Part shown: one piece after another, positions 9,286 through 18,509 of the stretch
Position numbering within the stretch: the stretch's first letter is position 1
How the letters are laid out: every line of letters begins with the position of its first letter
IMG/VR virus record: IMGVR_UViG_3300042502_001233
Coordinates: 1-64,000 of that record
DNA length: 64,000 nt
Reading direction: 5' to 3' (one strand)
The notes under the pieces: generated by a model
Told to the model about the DNA's origin: nothing
Database searches by the model: none
Seen by the model: only the letters and a program-made list of their open reading frames with translations
Position numbers and translations under genes: made by a program

Positions 9286-9372
9286 TAGCTAGAGTGGGAC
9301 TCGAACCCACATGGACCTTTCGGTCCGCCAGATTTTAAGTCTGGTGCGTATACCTAATTCCGCCATCTAGCC
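9286..9372 (-). tRNA. tRNA-Leu(TAA)
   Basis: CCAGA-CTTAAAA-TCTGG. Confidence 0.95.
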
Positions 9373-9379
9373 ATTATTT

Positions 9380-9904
9380 TTAATTCATCTTCCTAATTGA
9401 ATGATGTCTTAATCTATGACAATTTGAACATAAAACGTCGCATTTATCAATCTCATTTTTTATTGTTTCCCATTTTTGAAATTTTATCTTATTAAAATTA
9501 GGGTCTTTCTCAGACGGGTTTAAGTGATGAAAATCAAAAATACAATAATTATTATCATTTAATTTTATTTTACAATCATTACATTCACCACCTTTATATT
9601 GAACCATTTTAATTTTAACGTTTTTAACTCTTTCCGAATGATAAATATTACTACATTTTTTGCAATAACCGTTATAATCATCTCTATTTGTACGTTTATA
9701 ATATTCGCTTAATGGTTTTAATTTTTGACATTTTGGACATAATTTATCAACAGATGATTTTTTGTTATGTTGATTAAGTTTAGTTTTTAATTCAAATTTT
9801 TTAAGCCAATATTTTACGTTACTTTGAGAACATTTTAATTCATCAGCAATTTCTCTTTGAGATTTACCTAGATTGATAAACTTTATTAATAAATCTTTTT
9901 CCAT
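9380..9904 (-). CDS. HNH endonuclease
   Basis: CPKC, FDFHH...LCSNCHRLRH. Confidence 0.8.
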   Translation of the reverse strand: MEKDLLIKFINLGKSQREIADELKCSQSNVKYWLKKFELKTKLNQHNKKSSVDKLCPKCQKLKPLSEYYKRTNRDDYNGYCKKCSNIYHSERVKNVKIKMVQYKGGECNDCKIKLNDNNYCIFDFHHLNPSEKDPNFNKIKFQKWETIKNEIDKCDVLCSNCHRLRHHSIRKMN

Positions 9905-9967
9905 TTGTGTTTTATATTAAAAATAACTCACTTTTGAAAAAAGTAAATATTAACCAGTGATTTATTG

Positions 9968-10053
9968 TAGGGCTAGCTGGACTCGAACCAGCGTTATACT
10001 TCTCGTCTCCATCTTGTAAGGATGGGATGTTTAACCAACTACACCATAGCCCC
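9968..10053 (-). tRNA. tRNA-Val(TAC) with long variable region
   Basis: CCATC-CTTACAA-GATGG plus 16-nt variable region. Confidence 0.85.
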
Positions 10054-10067
10054 GTTTTTGGTAGGTT

Positions 10068-10367
10068 TTAACCTACCTTGATGAAGTCTTCGTTTTCAAT
10101 GGCTCTTTCAATCCATCTAATCAATTCAGACCCTTTGATTTCAGCATCGAATGTGGTTGTACCCAAGTCCTCAGCCAAAACAAGTGTTGGAATTTTTTCA
10201 ATTTCTCTAGTGTCCATCACATATGATTTTTGAACCGTTTTGATTGGAAATTGATAAGTTCCGTCTAATACTTCAACTTTATAATATAGGTTCCCACCTA
10301 CATAGTGGCTAAATCTAGCCAGATTCTTTGACTTATATAAGTCTTTTTTGATTTCATTTTTTTCCAT
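10068..10367 (-). CDS. hypothetical protein
   Basis: ORF, start reassigned to MEKNEIKK outside tRNA-Cys. Confidence 0.7.
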   Translation of the reverse strand: MEKNEIKKDLYKSKNLARFSHYVGGNLYYKVEVLDGTYQFPIKTVQKSYVMDTREIEKIPTLVLAEDLGTTTFDAEIKGSELIRWIERAIENEDFIKVG

Positions 10368-10388
10368 CGCTTCCTTCTTTATCATTAG

Positions 10389-10459
10389 AGGCGCCGACTG
10401 GATTCGAACCAGTGTACGGGGATTTGCAGTCCCCTGCCTAGCCACTCGGCCACAGCGCC
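10389..10459 (-). tRNA. tRNA-Cys(GCA)
   Basis: canonical, U73. Confidence 0.95.
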
Positions 10460-10471
10460 ATTGTTATCAAT

Positions 10472-10500
10472 AAAAAAACCCATCTGGTTAGGATGGGCTT
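10472..10500 (-). terminator. attenuator terminator of Cys/Val/Leu tRNA operon
   Basis: AAGCCCATC-CTAACCA-GATGGGTTT-TTTT, 12 nt before tRNA-Cys. Confidence 0.85.
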
Positions 10501-10528
10501 TTTGAGAGAGATACTTATCTTATTCAGA

Positions 10529-10612
10529 TTAGTTAACACACAAGAAGCCCAGCTGTGTTTCCACAAGCAAGCATAAGCTTAAAAGGACTAATATGTTAAA
10601 AGTATTTCTCAT
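10529..10612 (-). CDS. attenuator leader peptide MRNTFNILVLLSLCLLVETQLGFLCVN
   Basis: 27-aa ORF rich in L/V/C; TGGGCTT complementary to terminator 5' arm AAGCCCA. Confidence 0.8.
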   Translation of the reverse strand: MRNTFNILVLLSLCLLVETQLGFLCVN

Positions 10613-10653
10613 TTTGTTTTTTTGTTTTCTGTAAGTTAAACTTTGATACAGTG

Positions 10654-10685
10654 CAAATATACTAACTATTTTAATACAAGTCAAG
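10654..10685 (-). promoter_or_regulatory. Bacteroidetes-type promoter
   Basis: CTTGAC...TATATTTG. Confidence 0.7.
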
Positions 10686-10731
10686 TGTTTTGCAATTTTT
10701 TTTATAATAAATATGTAATTTTTTAAAAAAG

Positions 10732-11313
10732 TTATTTTTTTGACCAATCTTTTTTAGATTGTCTAGCAGCTGCTTTTGATATACCACAACTAGTTGCTTT
10801 AAAACTAGGGCCTTGCATTCCATCTAATGCAACATCATCTTGCTTGTTTTGGTTTTTAATATACTTTTGATATTTTTTTAAATTTATTTTTAATTTGGTA
10901 CCATCTTCTAACTCTCTATAGATAATATCTGGCATTTCAAAAGATGTTCCATCTAAATAATCAGCTTCTTGAGCCATAGTTGTATTACAACTTGATTTAA
11001 ACTCTTCTTCGTCTACGACTTCAACAAAGTTTCTAATGTACGCCCCTTTTATAAAATTTTCATAATTCTTTTTACGTTGAGCTTCTCTTTTTTCTTTGGC
11101 AGCAGCTCTTTGTTCTGGTGTACCAAACATTGGTTTTTGAGTTGTTGTTTGAGTTGTTGGTTCAGTCGTTGTTGGTTGAGTTGTTTGACCTTGCGCACCC
11201 AACGTACCAAGCGTCATTGCGGCACCAGCCGCTAAGCCTTTCCAATTAACTTCGTTTAATTGTTCTTCTTCTAATAAAGATTCTCTAAGTTTTTGTTTTA
11301 TAAACGTTTTCAT
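10732..11313 (-). CDS. hypothetical protein, possibly virion-associated
   Basis: N-terminal MKTFIKQKLRE motif, T/Q/P-rich linker. Confidence 0.7.
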   Translation of the reverse strand: MKTFIKQKLRESLLEEEQLNEVNWKGLAAGAAMTLGTLGAQGQTTQPTTTEPTTQTTTQKPMFGTPEQRAAAKEKREAQRKKNYENFIKGAYIRNFVEVVDEEEFKSSCNTTMAQEADYLDGTSFEMPDIIYRELEDGTKLKINLKKYQKYIKNQNKQDDVALDGMQGPSFKATSCGISKAAARQSKKDWSKK

Positions 11314-11335
11314 CAATATTTTTATTATAAATATC

Positions 11336-11935
11336 TTAAAAATCCAATAATTTCAAAACACCTTTAGAATTATAACCAATATTTTCAGAATGAACATCTA
11401 AATCAGAAGCATTTGGTATTTGTTCTTTTATTTTAAGAAAAAAATCAATATAATTTATTGTTACTGTTTTTTCGGATGGTTCTAAATCTTTATCCGTGAT
11501 AACTAACTCACGTAACTTATGCAATAAATTAGGGTTTTTTGTACCTCTCCAAAACATTTCTTCAATAGCAGAACTTACTGTTGTAGAATCTTTAAATAAA
11601 CTTAAATCGTATTTTGAAACCACATCATATAGAATTTCATCATCGTTTTCGATTTCATCCGTATTTAATTTCTCTATGATAGCATATCTATCATTGTGTT
11701 TGTAAACTTTTGGGAATATGTCTGGATAATCTAACATTTTTTCGATATGACTAGCTTTTAAAACACCACTACCAACTGGTTTACCCCATTCACCAACATA
11801 CGCAATTTTGATTACTTTAGAAGGGTCTTTTTCAAAAGGGTATACGATATGGTCTCTACCCATACCTAAGTCACCCTTTTGTCTGATTTCTTCTTCAATA
11901 CTCTCTCTAACCAAAAATTTTATCAATGATTTCAT
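11336..11935 (-). CDS. protein kinase-like protein
   Basis: G-rich loop GMGRDHIVY, KVIK, DVHSENIG, LLDF. Confidence 0.65.
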   Translation of the reverse strand: MKSLIKFLVRESIEEEIRQKGDLGMGRDHIVYPFEKDPSKVIKIAYVGEWGKPVGSGVLKASHIEKMLDYPDIFPKVYKHNDRYAIIEKLNTDEIENDDEILYDVVSKYDLSLFKDSTTVSSAIEEMFWRGTKNPNLLHKLRELVITDKDLEPSEKTVTINYIDFFLKIKEQIPNASDLDVHSENIGYNSKGVLKLLDF

Positions 11936-11991
11936 AGTGTTTTTTACTATAAATATTGACAAAATCTAAAAACTTTCTTATATTTATGATT

Positions 11992-12099
11992 ATGGGATAT
12001 GTATACCTTTTATTACAAATAGATTTTGATGGGAATGAATCCTACAAAATTGGTATTACCAAAAATGACCCAAATAAACGTGTAAAACAACTGCAAACT
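11992..12099 (+). pseudogene. orphaned 5' end of GIY-YIG/T5orf172-like gene
   Basis: MGYVYLLLQIDFDGNESYKIGITKNDPNKRVKQLQT, homologous to the start of 12948..13271. Confidence 0.85.
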
Positions 12100-12136
12100 T
12101 TTTCACAAATCGATATATTTATAATAAATTAAACAC

Positions 12137-12946
12137 ATGAAAAATTATATTTATATTTTGACAGACCCTATTACTAACGATGTTAGATATGTTGGTAAAA
12201 GTATTAACCCAGAAGTTAGAGTTAGAAAACATATTAGCGAAGCTAAAACTGGAAAAAGTAATAATCACAGAATTAATTGGATTAAATCTTTATTAAATAA
12301 AAACCTTAGACCTAACATAGAAATCATAGATGAAACTAACGACGATTGGGTTTTATTAGAAGAATATTGGATTAGTCAATTTACTACATGGGGTTTTAAT
12401 TTAGTTAACGGTACTGACGGTGGTGAAAACCCACCATCATGGAAAGGTAAAACCCATAGTGATGACTATAAAGAAATTAGACGACAAAAATTTTTAACAG
12501 ATAACCCATCTAAAAATATGAACGATAACTGGCGTAAAAATATTAGTTTATCTCATAAGAAAAATAATTTTTTACCAACAAAAGCTATTGAATCTAACAA
12601 AATTAAAGTAAACCAATTTACTTTGGAGGGTGAGTTTGTAAAAACTTGGAATTCGATAACTGAAGCTTCAAAATCGTTAAACTTAAAAAATATTTCTGGT
12701 ATTATTGACGTTTGTTTAGGGAAAAGGTTTAAATCTGCTAATTTTAGATGGTCATACACCGATAAATTACCTAATTATAGGACTAAAACTTTATCTGTTA
12801 AACAATACGATTTGAATGGTAATTTTATCAAAGAATGGGAATCAATTTCTATTGCTTCTAAAACATTAATAATAGATAGTTCTACTATTAGAAAAATTTG
12901 TAATGGTAGAGGTAAAACCGCTGGTGGTTTCAAATGGTCATATTAA
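12137..12946 (+). CDS. GIY-YIG homing endonuclease with NUMOD repeats
   Basis: YIYIL...RYVGKS...R...H; NUMOD1-like repeats. Confidence 0.9.
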   Translation: MKNYIYILTDPITNDVRYVGKSINPEVRVRKHISEAKTGKSNNHRINWIKSLLNKNLRPNIEIIDETNDDWVLLEEYWISQFTTWGFNLVNGTDGGENPPSWKGKTHSDDYKEIRRQKFLTDNPSKNMNDNWRKNISLSHKKNNFLPTKAIESNKIKVNQFTLEGEFVKTWNSITEASKSLNLKNISGIIDVCLGKRFKSANFRWSYTDKLPNYRTKTLSVKQYDLNGNFIKEWESISIASKTLIIDSSTIRKICNGRGKTAGGFKWSY

Positions 12947-12947
12947 A

Positions 12948-13271
12948 ATGGGATACGTGTATTTATTACTTTCAATCGACCCTAATGGTGAAGAGACTTA
13001 TAAAATAGGTATAACTAAAAGGGATATAAAAATTAGAATATCCGAATTGCAAACTGGTAACCCAAATAAAATTAGTCTACATAGAAAATATGAATCTAAA
13101 AACTATTTGAAAGTTGAACGATGGTTGCATAGAAAATATCAAATCAAAACCGAAGCTAAAAATGAATGGAGAACACTTACTGATGAGCAAGTATTCTCCT
13201 TTCTAGATGACTGTAAAACAGCCGATGATAATATACAATTTTTGTTAGACAACAACAGTTTCTTCGAATAA
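12948..13271 (+). CDS. GIY-YIG/T5orf172-like protein
   Basis: YVYLL..YKIGIT..R...LQTGNP...E..LH...NEW. Confidence 0.8.
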   Translation: MGYVYLLLSIDPNGEETYKIGITKRDIKIRISELQTGNPNKISLHRKYESKNYLKVERWLHRKYQIKTEAKNEWRTLTDEQVFSFLDDCKTADDNIQFLLDNNSFFE

Positions 13272-13763
13272 AACTTTATACATATCCAAGAACTCTTTCT
13301 TGGCTCTTGCATGGTCCCAACATTCAAACTCATCATTTTCATTTACAACTAAATTTTCCCATTCATATAACAACATTTCACGGTCAATTGCATGAACATT
13401 ATCAGACAATGGAAACTCAAATTCAAATTTCTCAGCTATTTTAGTCATTAAATTACCTTCATACATTTTGTAATCTGGTAGTTTGGCTTTTATAGGGGTT
13501 GGAATATCTAACATATACGCTTCGCTACCGTCATGTAGCAATGCAGCTTTTTTGTCTTCTAAACTAGTTGCCCTCATAGCGCACATGACGCTATGTTGAG
13601 CTACTGAATAGTGTTGATTCAAATGTCCCCCGAATCTTGGTAATGAAGCTAGCGCATGGGCTATGTCTTCAATTTGTATCATCTCCAATGTTGGTTCAAA
13701 TACGTTCATATAGATACCAGAATTTGTTCTGATACTATCTTTTGGTGCGTCAAATATATTCAT
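13245..13763 (-). CDS. HD-domain 5'-deoxynucleotidase (YfbR/YfdR-like)
   Basis: IEDIAHALA..RFGGH...YSVAQHS, LLHDGSEAY. Confidence 0.85.
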   Translation of the reverse strand: MNIFDAPKDSIRTNSGIYMNVFEPTLEMIQIEDIAHALASLPRFGGHLNQHYSVAQHSVMCAMRATSLEDKKAALLHDGSEAYMLDIPTPIKAKLPDYKMYEGNLMTKIAEKFEFEFPLSDNVHAIDREMLLYEWENLVVNENDEFECWDHARAKKEFLDMYKVLFEETVVV

Positions 13764-13769
13764 ATTATA

Positions 13770-14393
13770 TTAATTAAAAAGGCCAAAAAAAAAGTTGGAG
13801 TTTTTTTCATTAGGGTTATAAAATTTTGTTCTAATACTAACCAATAAGTTATTTACCAAATTCTTATCTACGTTGTTCGGTAGATTAGATTTTTCAAACA
13901 CTTCATCCATATTTTCAATGGCTTTGTCAGCGATTTCAATGAGCGAATCCAAATCAACTTCACCACGTCTAATCGTAAGAAGTTCTTGAGCATCTGGTCG
14001 TCTTACGATGATACCTTTACCTTCACCAATCTCAGTAGCCATTTTAATAAGACGCATACAGTGCATCATATTTTTACCATCAATTTTTTGGTGTTTGGAA
14101 CCATAAACTATTCCTTTTTGTAAACTAGCAACTATCAATTCGTGTTGTTGGTTTCCCGAAACAATTTCTGGTTTATAACCATAAATATCTTCAAACAAGT
14201 TTTTAGCTAATTGATAAGATTCATAATCTTCGTCAAGAGTTTCTTGCTCAAGGTTTTCTTTTTCTACAATATCAATTACTTTAAAAACTATTTCTTTAGG
14301 TGTAAAAAATGTTTTGTGTTCATTATTTTCTGAAACAGATTCTACCCATTCTAGATATTTTTTAAGTATTAATTCTTTATTAGTGTTTTTCAT
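13770..14393 (-). CDS. chimeric ORF carrying C-terminal part of a nucleotidyltransferase
   Basis: DGKNMMHCMRL...ELLTIRRG...SNLP is typical of the C-terminus of YcgL-like NTases. Confidence 0.6.
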   Translation of the reverse strand: MKNTNKELILKKYLEWVESVSENNEHKTFFTPKEIVFKVIDIVEKENLEQETLDEDYESYQLAKNLFEDIYGYKPEIVSGNQQHELIVASLQKGIVYGSKHQKIDGKNMMHCMRLIKMATEIGEGKGIIVRRPDAQELLTIRRGEVDLDSLIEIADKAIENMDEVFEKSNLPNNVDKNLVNNLLVSIRTKFYNPNEKNSNFFFGLFN

Positions 14394-14574
14394 TTTTGTT
14401 TATGTTTTTTAATTTTTATAACTACCCCAACCTATAAAATAACATAGATTAAATAAGTTTTTTATCCCAAAAATGTATTTTTTAAATCCACCAGAATACA
14501 CCCCATCACTTAAAGAAAATAATCCAAAACAATTATGTTCAGCTTTTTTTCCAAATAATAATTTTATTTTCATA

Positions 14575-14778
14575 CTATTTTGAATTATTTCCAATTTGAA
14601 TAATCCCCACTTTCAACATTCGTATTTGTTGGTCTTTTTGTTCCAATACCAATCTTACTAATTTAGCAGGGGCTGTCCCTAACTGTCCGTGTTCTTCAAT
14701 CATCGCTTCTGATAATTCAAGTTCATTAACTACATCTTCAAGCATATTTTCTAATTCTTCTTTTGTCCAACAACTCAT
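14575..14778 (-). CDS. hypothetical protein
   Basis: 67-aa ORF. Confidence 0.55.
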   Translation of the reverse strand: MSCWTKEELENMLEDVVNELELSEAMIEEHGQLGTAPAKLVRLVLEQKDQQIRMLKVGIIQIGNNSK

Positions 14779-14939
14779 TTTATTTTATTTTTTTAGTTAA
14801 CATTTTGTTTGCTATTTACTACATCTGTCATTGATATTAGTTTCATAATTATTTATCGTTTAATTTTGAATTAGCTTTTGAAAATAAATCTTCCAGATGA
14901 TTATTTTCAGGGTGAATAGTCCCTTCTATGGGATTAATT

Positions 14940-15140
14940 TTACCCCATGTAATCCTTATTTACGTTGATTTGTTCTACATAACCAGTACCCAAGATATAA
15001 TCCTCAGGTAGAATGTAGACAAATTTCTTATCTACGTCACTTGTAGGTGTTTGGGTACCGTATGCTTGAGAACCGATAATGGTTTCAAACAAGATAAGTC
15101 CGTTCTCTACAAGAAACTCGTGTGTTAATTGTTTACTCAT
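14940..15140 (-). pseudogene. truncated N-terminus of pol-beta-family nucleotidyltransferase
   Basis: GSQAYGTQTPTSDVD motif, stop after 66 aa. Confidence 0.7.
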
Positions 15141-15206
15141 TTTAAATAATTTTTGCAAATATACTATTTTTATTTCTATTTACCAAATATTTATAAATAA
15201 AAGATT

Positions 15207-15542
15207 ATGTGGAAAGAAATTAAACAATTTTTTAGAGAGGTATTTAAAGATGAACGTGGTCATTATTCGTCTAAACGTCTTATAGGTATTATTGCTGGTT
15301 TAACCTTGTGTGTTACGCTAGTGTTAAATAGTTTTTATAACAAAGATATAAAGCCATCCGATACACTAGTATACGCTGTTGCCATGTTATCTTTTGGTTG
15401 TTTGGGTCTTGCATCAATTGATAAAATTTGGGGAAGAGTTCAAATGCCTTACACTCCTAAAGAATCTGATTTAATCCCAGATACCGATTATGGTACTAGC
15501 GCTGTTCCAGATAGTGACGAACCTCTAATCACACCAGAATAA
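15207..15542 (+). CDS. membrane protein, holin-like
   Basis: SSKR followed by two transmembrane segments. Confidence 0.6.
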   Translation: MWKEIKQFFREVFKDERGHYSSKRLIGIIAGLTLCVTLVLNSFYNKDIKPSDTLVYAVAMLSFGCLGLASIDKIWGRVQMPYTPKESDLIPDTDYGTSAVPDSDEPLITPE

Positions 15543-15550
15543 TTAAAAGG

Positions 15551-16105
15551 CTACTTTATGTAGCCTTTTTTTAATGAATCATGTAAATACTTTGAATGTT
15601 CAATATTCTTTTCGTTAGCGTATCCAAGGCTCATGTGCATCCCAAAGAATGGTCTACCTAACCCTATTTCATTTCTGATGGCTTGCAATCCATCTCGTTC
15701 TTCGTTTGGGATATTCAACCACCAGCTTCTACCGTCGCTTCTAGGGTCCAAATCCAACACTATCTCGATTTTCTTACCGTGCCATTTCTTTTTAGAGGTT
15801 TCCCACGCATTTAGAGCCTCTTCTACAGACTTTTCTCCGTTTTGTGTTAAATCATTCATACTATCATTAATAAACGAAATATGAGCCCCTCTAAGTGGTT
15901 TATTCAACACCAAGTTGTATCTCTTTTTGATGAACCATGCGTAATATTCGCAAATCTCTCCATCTATAAGAACCATAGCCATTTTTTTCCATGCGGCTTG
16001 ATTCATGTGTTTTTTTGTCTTGTCTTCTGGCTCAAACTCAATCTTGCCAGTAAGTATTATTCTATCCTTCACGTCGTAATCCAAATAAATTGTTAAGTAT
16101 TTCAT
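15551..16105 (-). CDS. hypothetical protein, possible 2H-phosphoesterase fold
   Basis: HIS and HMS motifs. Confidence 0.55.
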   Translation of the reverse strand: MKYLTIYLDYDVKDRIILTGKIEFEPEDKTKKHMNQAAWKKMAMVLIDGEICEYYAWFIKKRYNLVLNKPLRGAHISFINDSMNDLTQNGEKSVEEALNAWETSKKKWHGKKIEIVLDLDPRSDGRSWWLNIPNEERDGLQAIRNEIGLGRPFFGMHMSLGYANEKNIEHSKYLHDSLKKGYIK

Positions 16106-16463
16106 TATCTATCTCGTTGGCGATTTCTTGAGACAACAAAGCTGTTAATTCAGCTTCTGCGTCTATGTTATGGAAAGCTTGTAAATCTTGAATCATTTCT
16201 GGTGACCAAGTCACTCTTAAACCTTTCCAATAAGCATCACCCCATTCTTTTTCAGGTAACCCCTTGTTAAGTGCCCACTTTTTTAAACAGTAATCACAAT
16301 ACCATTTACTATACTGAAAAATTATAATTAAGGATTTCGAAACATAATCACCTTTTACTTCGTGTGGGTCATGTATGTCCCAAATCCTATGGTTTTTTAT
16401 CTCATAGTTTTTCGATATGTATTTTAATACTGATTCATATTTCTCTCTGGTTGTCATATACAA
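16062..16463 (-). CDS. hypothetical protein ending in a major-capsid-like segment
   Basis: WSPEMIQDLQAFHNIDAEAELTALLSQEIANEID resembles a conserved T4-like gp23 region. Confidence 0.6.
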   Translation of the reverse strand: MYMTTREKYESVLKYISKNYEIKNHRIWDIHDPHEVKGDYVSKSLIIIFQYSKWYCDYCLKKWALNKGLPEKEWGDAYWKGLRVTWSPEMIQDLQAFHNIDAEAELTALLSQEIANEIDNEILNNLFGLRREG

Positions 16464-16493
16464 TTATACGAAAACCAGAGGAATATGTAAATG

Positions 16494-17219
16494 TTATGCT
16501 AACCTAAGTGGTTTCAAAAACTCTCTTAAGAAAGCATTCTTTGGGCCACCAATCTTTTCAACCCATTTTTGATAGTTGGCTTCGTTTCTTTCTTCCAACT
16601 CAACCTCAACTTTTTTGGATGGTTTGCGAACACCGTATGGTAGTTTTTCTTCCTGAAAATCTGGATACAATTCTCTGTTGAATACTCTCTCGTCAACCAA
16701 GAAAACAAAAGCTGTTAATTGGTCACCCAAATCTGGTTCAAAAAAGATACCTACTTTAACACCCATTTCAGTAATTTGTTTAAGATGTTTATTTAAAGTA
16801 CCCAATCTTTCTCTATTTCTATTTGTTGTACCACCATTAAGGATGATAAACGTTTTGTCTTCTTTAGCCCACTTATTGTATATTTTTTGCATTGGTTCAA
16901 GACCCAACGTATTTTGTTGATATTCTACAACAGCATGACCAAATTGGATACCAGCGTGTATTGTACCGCATAATTGATATGCAACTAAACCATACATACG
17001 ATACTCTAAATATTTATCTGTTTTTCGTTGTAAAGAATTTGATTTAACTTTACATTTACTTAAATGTTTAATAAACTCATCTTTAGTTATTTTTTTCTCA
17101 AAAAAATATTCTTCGGGGGTTAATTGTAAATCTGAATACCATTCACCCACATCTAAAACTCTAATATTACTATTTATACACCAGTTATACGAAGTATTTA
17201 TATTGTTATCATTTTCCAT
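16494..17219 (-). CDS. peptidyl-tRNA hydrolase 2-like protein with N-terminal extension
   Basis: IQFGHAV..W..TFIIL..FFEPDLGDQLTA; similar to 43940..44290. Confidence 0.6.
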   Translation of the reverse strand: MENDNNINTSYNWCINSNIRVLDVGEWYSDLQLTPEEYFFEKKITKDEFIKHLSKCKVKSNSLQRKTDKYLEYRMYGLVAYQLCGTIHAGIQFGHAVVEYQQNTLGLEPMQKIYNKWAKEDKTFIILNGGTTNRNRERLGTLNKHLKQITEMGVKVGIFFEPDLGDQLTAFVFLVDERVFNRELYPDFQEEKLPYGVRKPSKKVEVELEERNEANYQKWVEKIGGPKNAFLREFLKPLRLA

Positions 17220-17965
17220 CCTATTGTATTTTTTGCGTTTATTCTATTACCAATTATTTCTTTATCACTTATAAAAATATTTTGATTGTTTTTTAATACA
17301 TGGTATTGTAATTTATTAATCTTACAAAATTCTTGTAATTTTTTAGCACCTAATATTTTATATTCATCTTTGTTAGGTGAGATTAATAAATAAGTTTTAA
17401 CGTCAGACCTAATCACTGAATTGTTTGAACCTTTTCTTTTTTTACCATTTTCAATTATCTTTTTACGACCTTCATCTGTTAATTTTATTAAACCATTTTT
17501 ATGTAAAATTTTAACAGATTCTTTTTGTTTTAAACTTGTTGTTTTTCCATACATTGGGTTCTTCTCACCTTTTTTAGCTTCGCTTAATTTTTTTCTTGAT
17601 TGTTCGGTTCTTTTATAACCAGCTTCACCACCTTCAGTCATATTACACAATGTACCAGTTTCAATATCAATTCTACCAATTAAATCGATTAATATTTTTT
17701 CATAAACTAAAGATTCATTTTCTGTTATTGATTCGATTAGTTTATATCTAATAGGTTCAAAACCATCGTTTAAAATTTTTCTTAATTTATTATAAAATAA
17801 ACTATTTTTATTTTTATTAATATTAATTAAATGATGATTTATCCTATTTCTAGTTCCTTTACCAATGTACATTGGTTCATAATTAAACTTATATTTACCA
17901 TACACGTATTCACCCTTTTTTCTTGGGTCTAAATAAACATAAACATAGTATTTCTTTTCTTCCAT
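17198..17965 (-). CDS. GIY-YIG homing endonuclease with NUMOD3
   Basis: YYVYVYLDP...YIGKG..R...H; NMTEGG; GEKNPMYG. Confidence 0.88.
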   Translation of the reverse strand: MEEKKYYVYVYLDPRKKGEYVYGKYKFNYEPMYIGKGTRNRINHHLININKNKNSLFYNKLRKILNDGFEPIRYKLIESITENESLVYEKILIDLIGRIDIETGTLCNMTEGGEAGYKRTEQSRKKLSEAKKGEKNPMYGKTTSLKQKESVKILHKNGLIKLTDEGRKKIIENGKKRKGSNNSVIRSDVKTYLLISPNKDEYKILGAKKLQEFCKINKLQYHVLKNNQNIFISDKEIIGNRINAKNTIGWKMITI

Positions 17966-18006
17966 AATATTCTTTTATTATAAATATCACGGTTTTGGTA
18001 AAAACT

Positions 18007-18288
18007 TTAAATAATACAAAAAAAATGTTGAATTGGACTTAAGTTGTAAGGTACAAGTCCATACATTCTGTATTCCAAATACATTTCAGTTTTTCTTGGC
18101 ATCGAGTTGGCTTTTACTTTACATTGTGACAATGCTTCAAGGAATTCATCCTTCGGCATTGTTGGAAATGTAAAATAATGTTTTTCTTTCGACCCATACC
18201 ACTCTAGTGGCCATTCGTTTAGGTCCAAGACCCTAATATTAAGTTCTACACACCATTGATACGGTGTTTTAAATTCCATTTCTTCCAT
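18007..18288 (-). pseudogene. orphaned 5' part of the Pth2-like gene
   Basis: homologous to residues 1-85 of 16494..17219 (YLEYRMYGLV), truncated at YNLSPIQ. Confidence 0.85.
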
Positions 18289-18299
18289 TTGTTTTTATT

Positions 18300-18509
18300 T
18301 TACCAACTATCGTAGTCGGTTATATCTTTTTTAACTTCAAACAATCCTTTTTCTTTGCTTTTTATAATAACTTCAATGTTATCACCAATACCAGTTGGTG
18401 TAAAGCAAAACGTTCTTGTGTAATATGTCTCATGACCGTATAATGTTTTAACAGCGTCTTCAACTTCTTTTAAGTTTTGTTTTTCTTTTTCGTTTAAACT
18501 AAAATCCAT
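18300..18509 (-). CDS. hypothetical protein
   Basis: MDFSLNEKE...DITDYDSW. Confidence 0.6.
   Translation of the reverse strand: MDFSLNEKEKQNLKEVEDAVKTLYGHETYYTRTFCFTPTGIGDNIEVIIKSKEKGLFEVKKDITDYDSW

Noticed and set aside
11992-18288. Group I introns explaining the interrupted genes
   Set aside because: Little non-coding room for a ribozyme core, and the target ends are duplicated, which splicing would not require.
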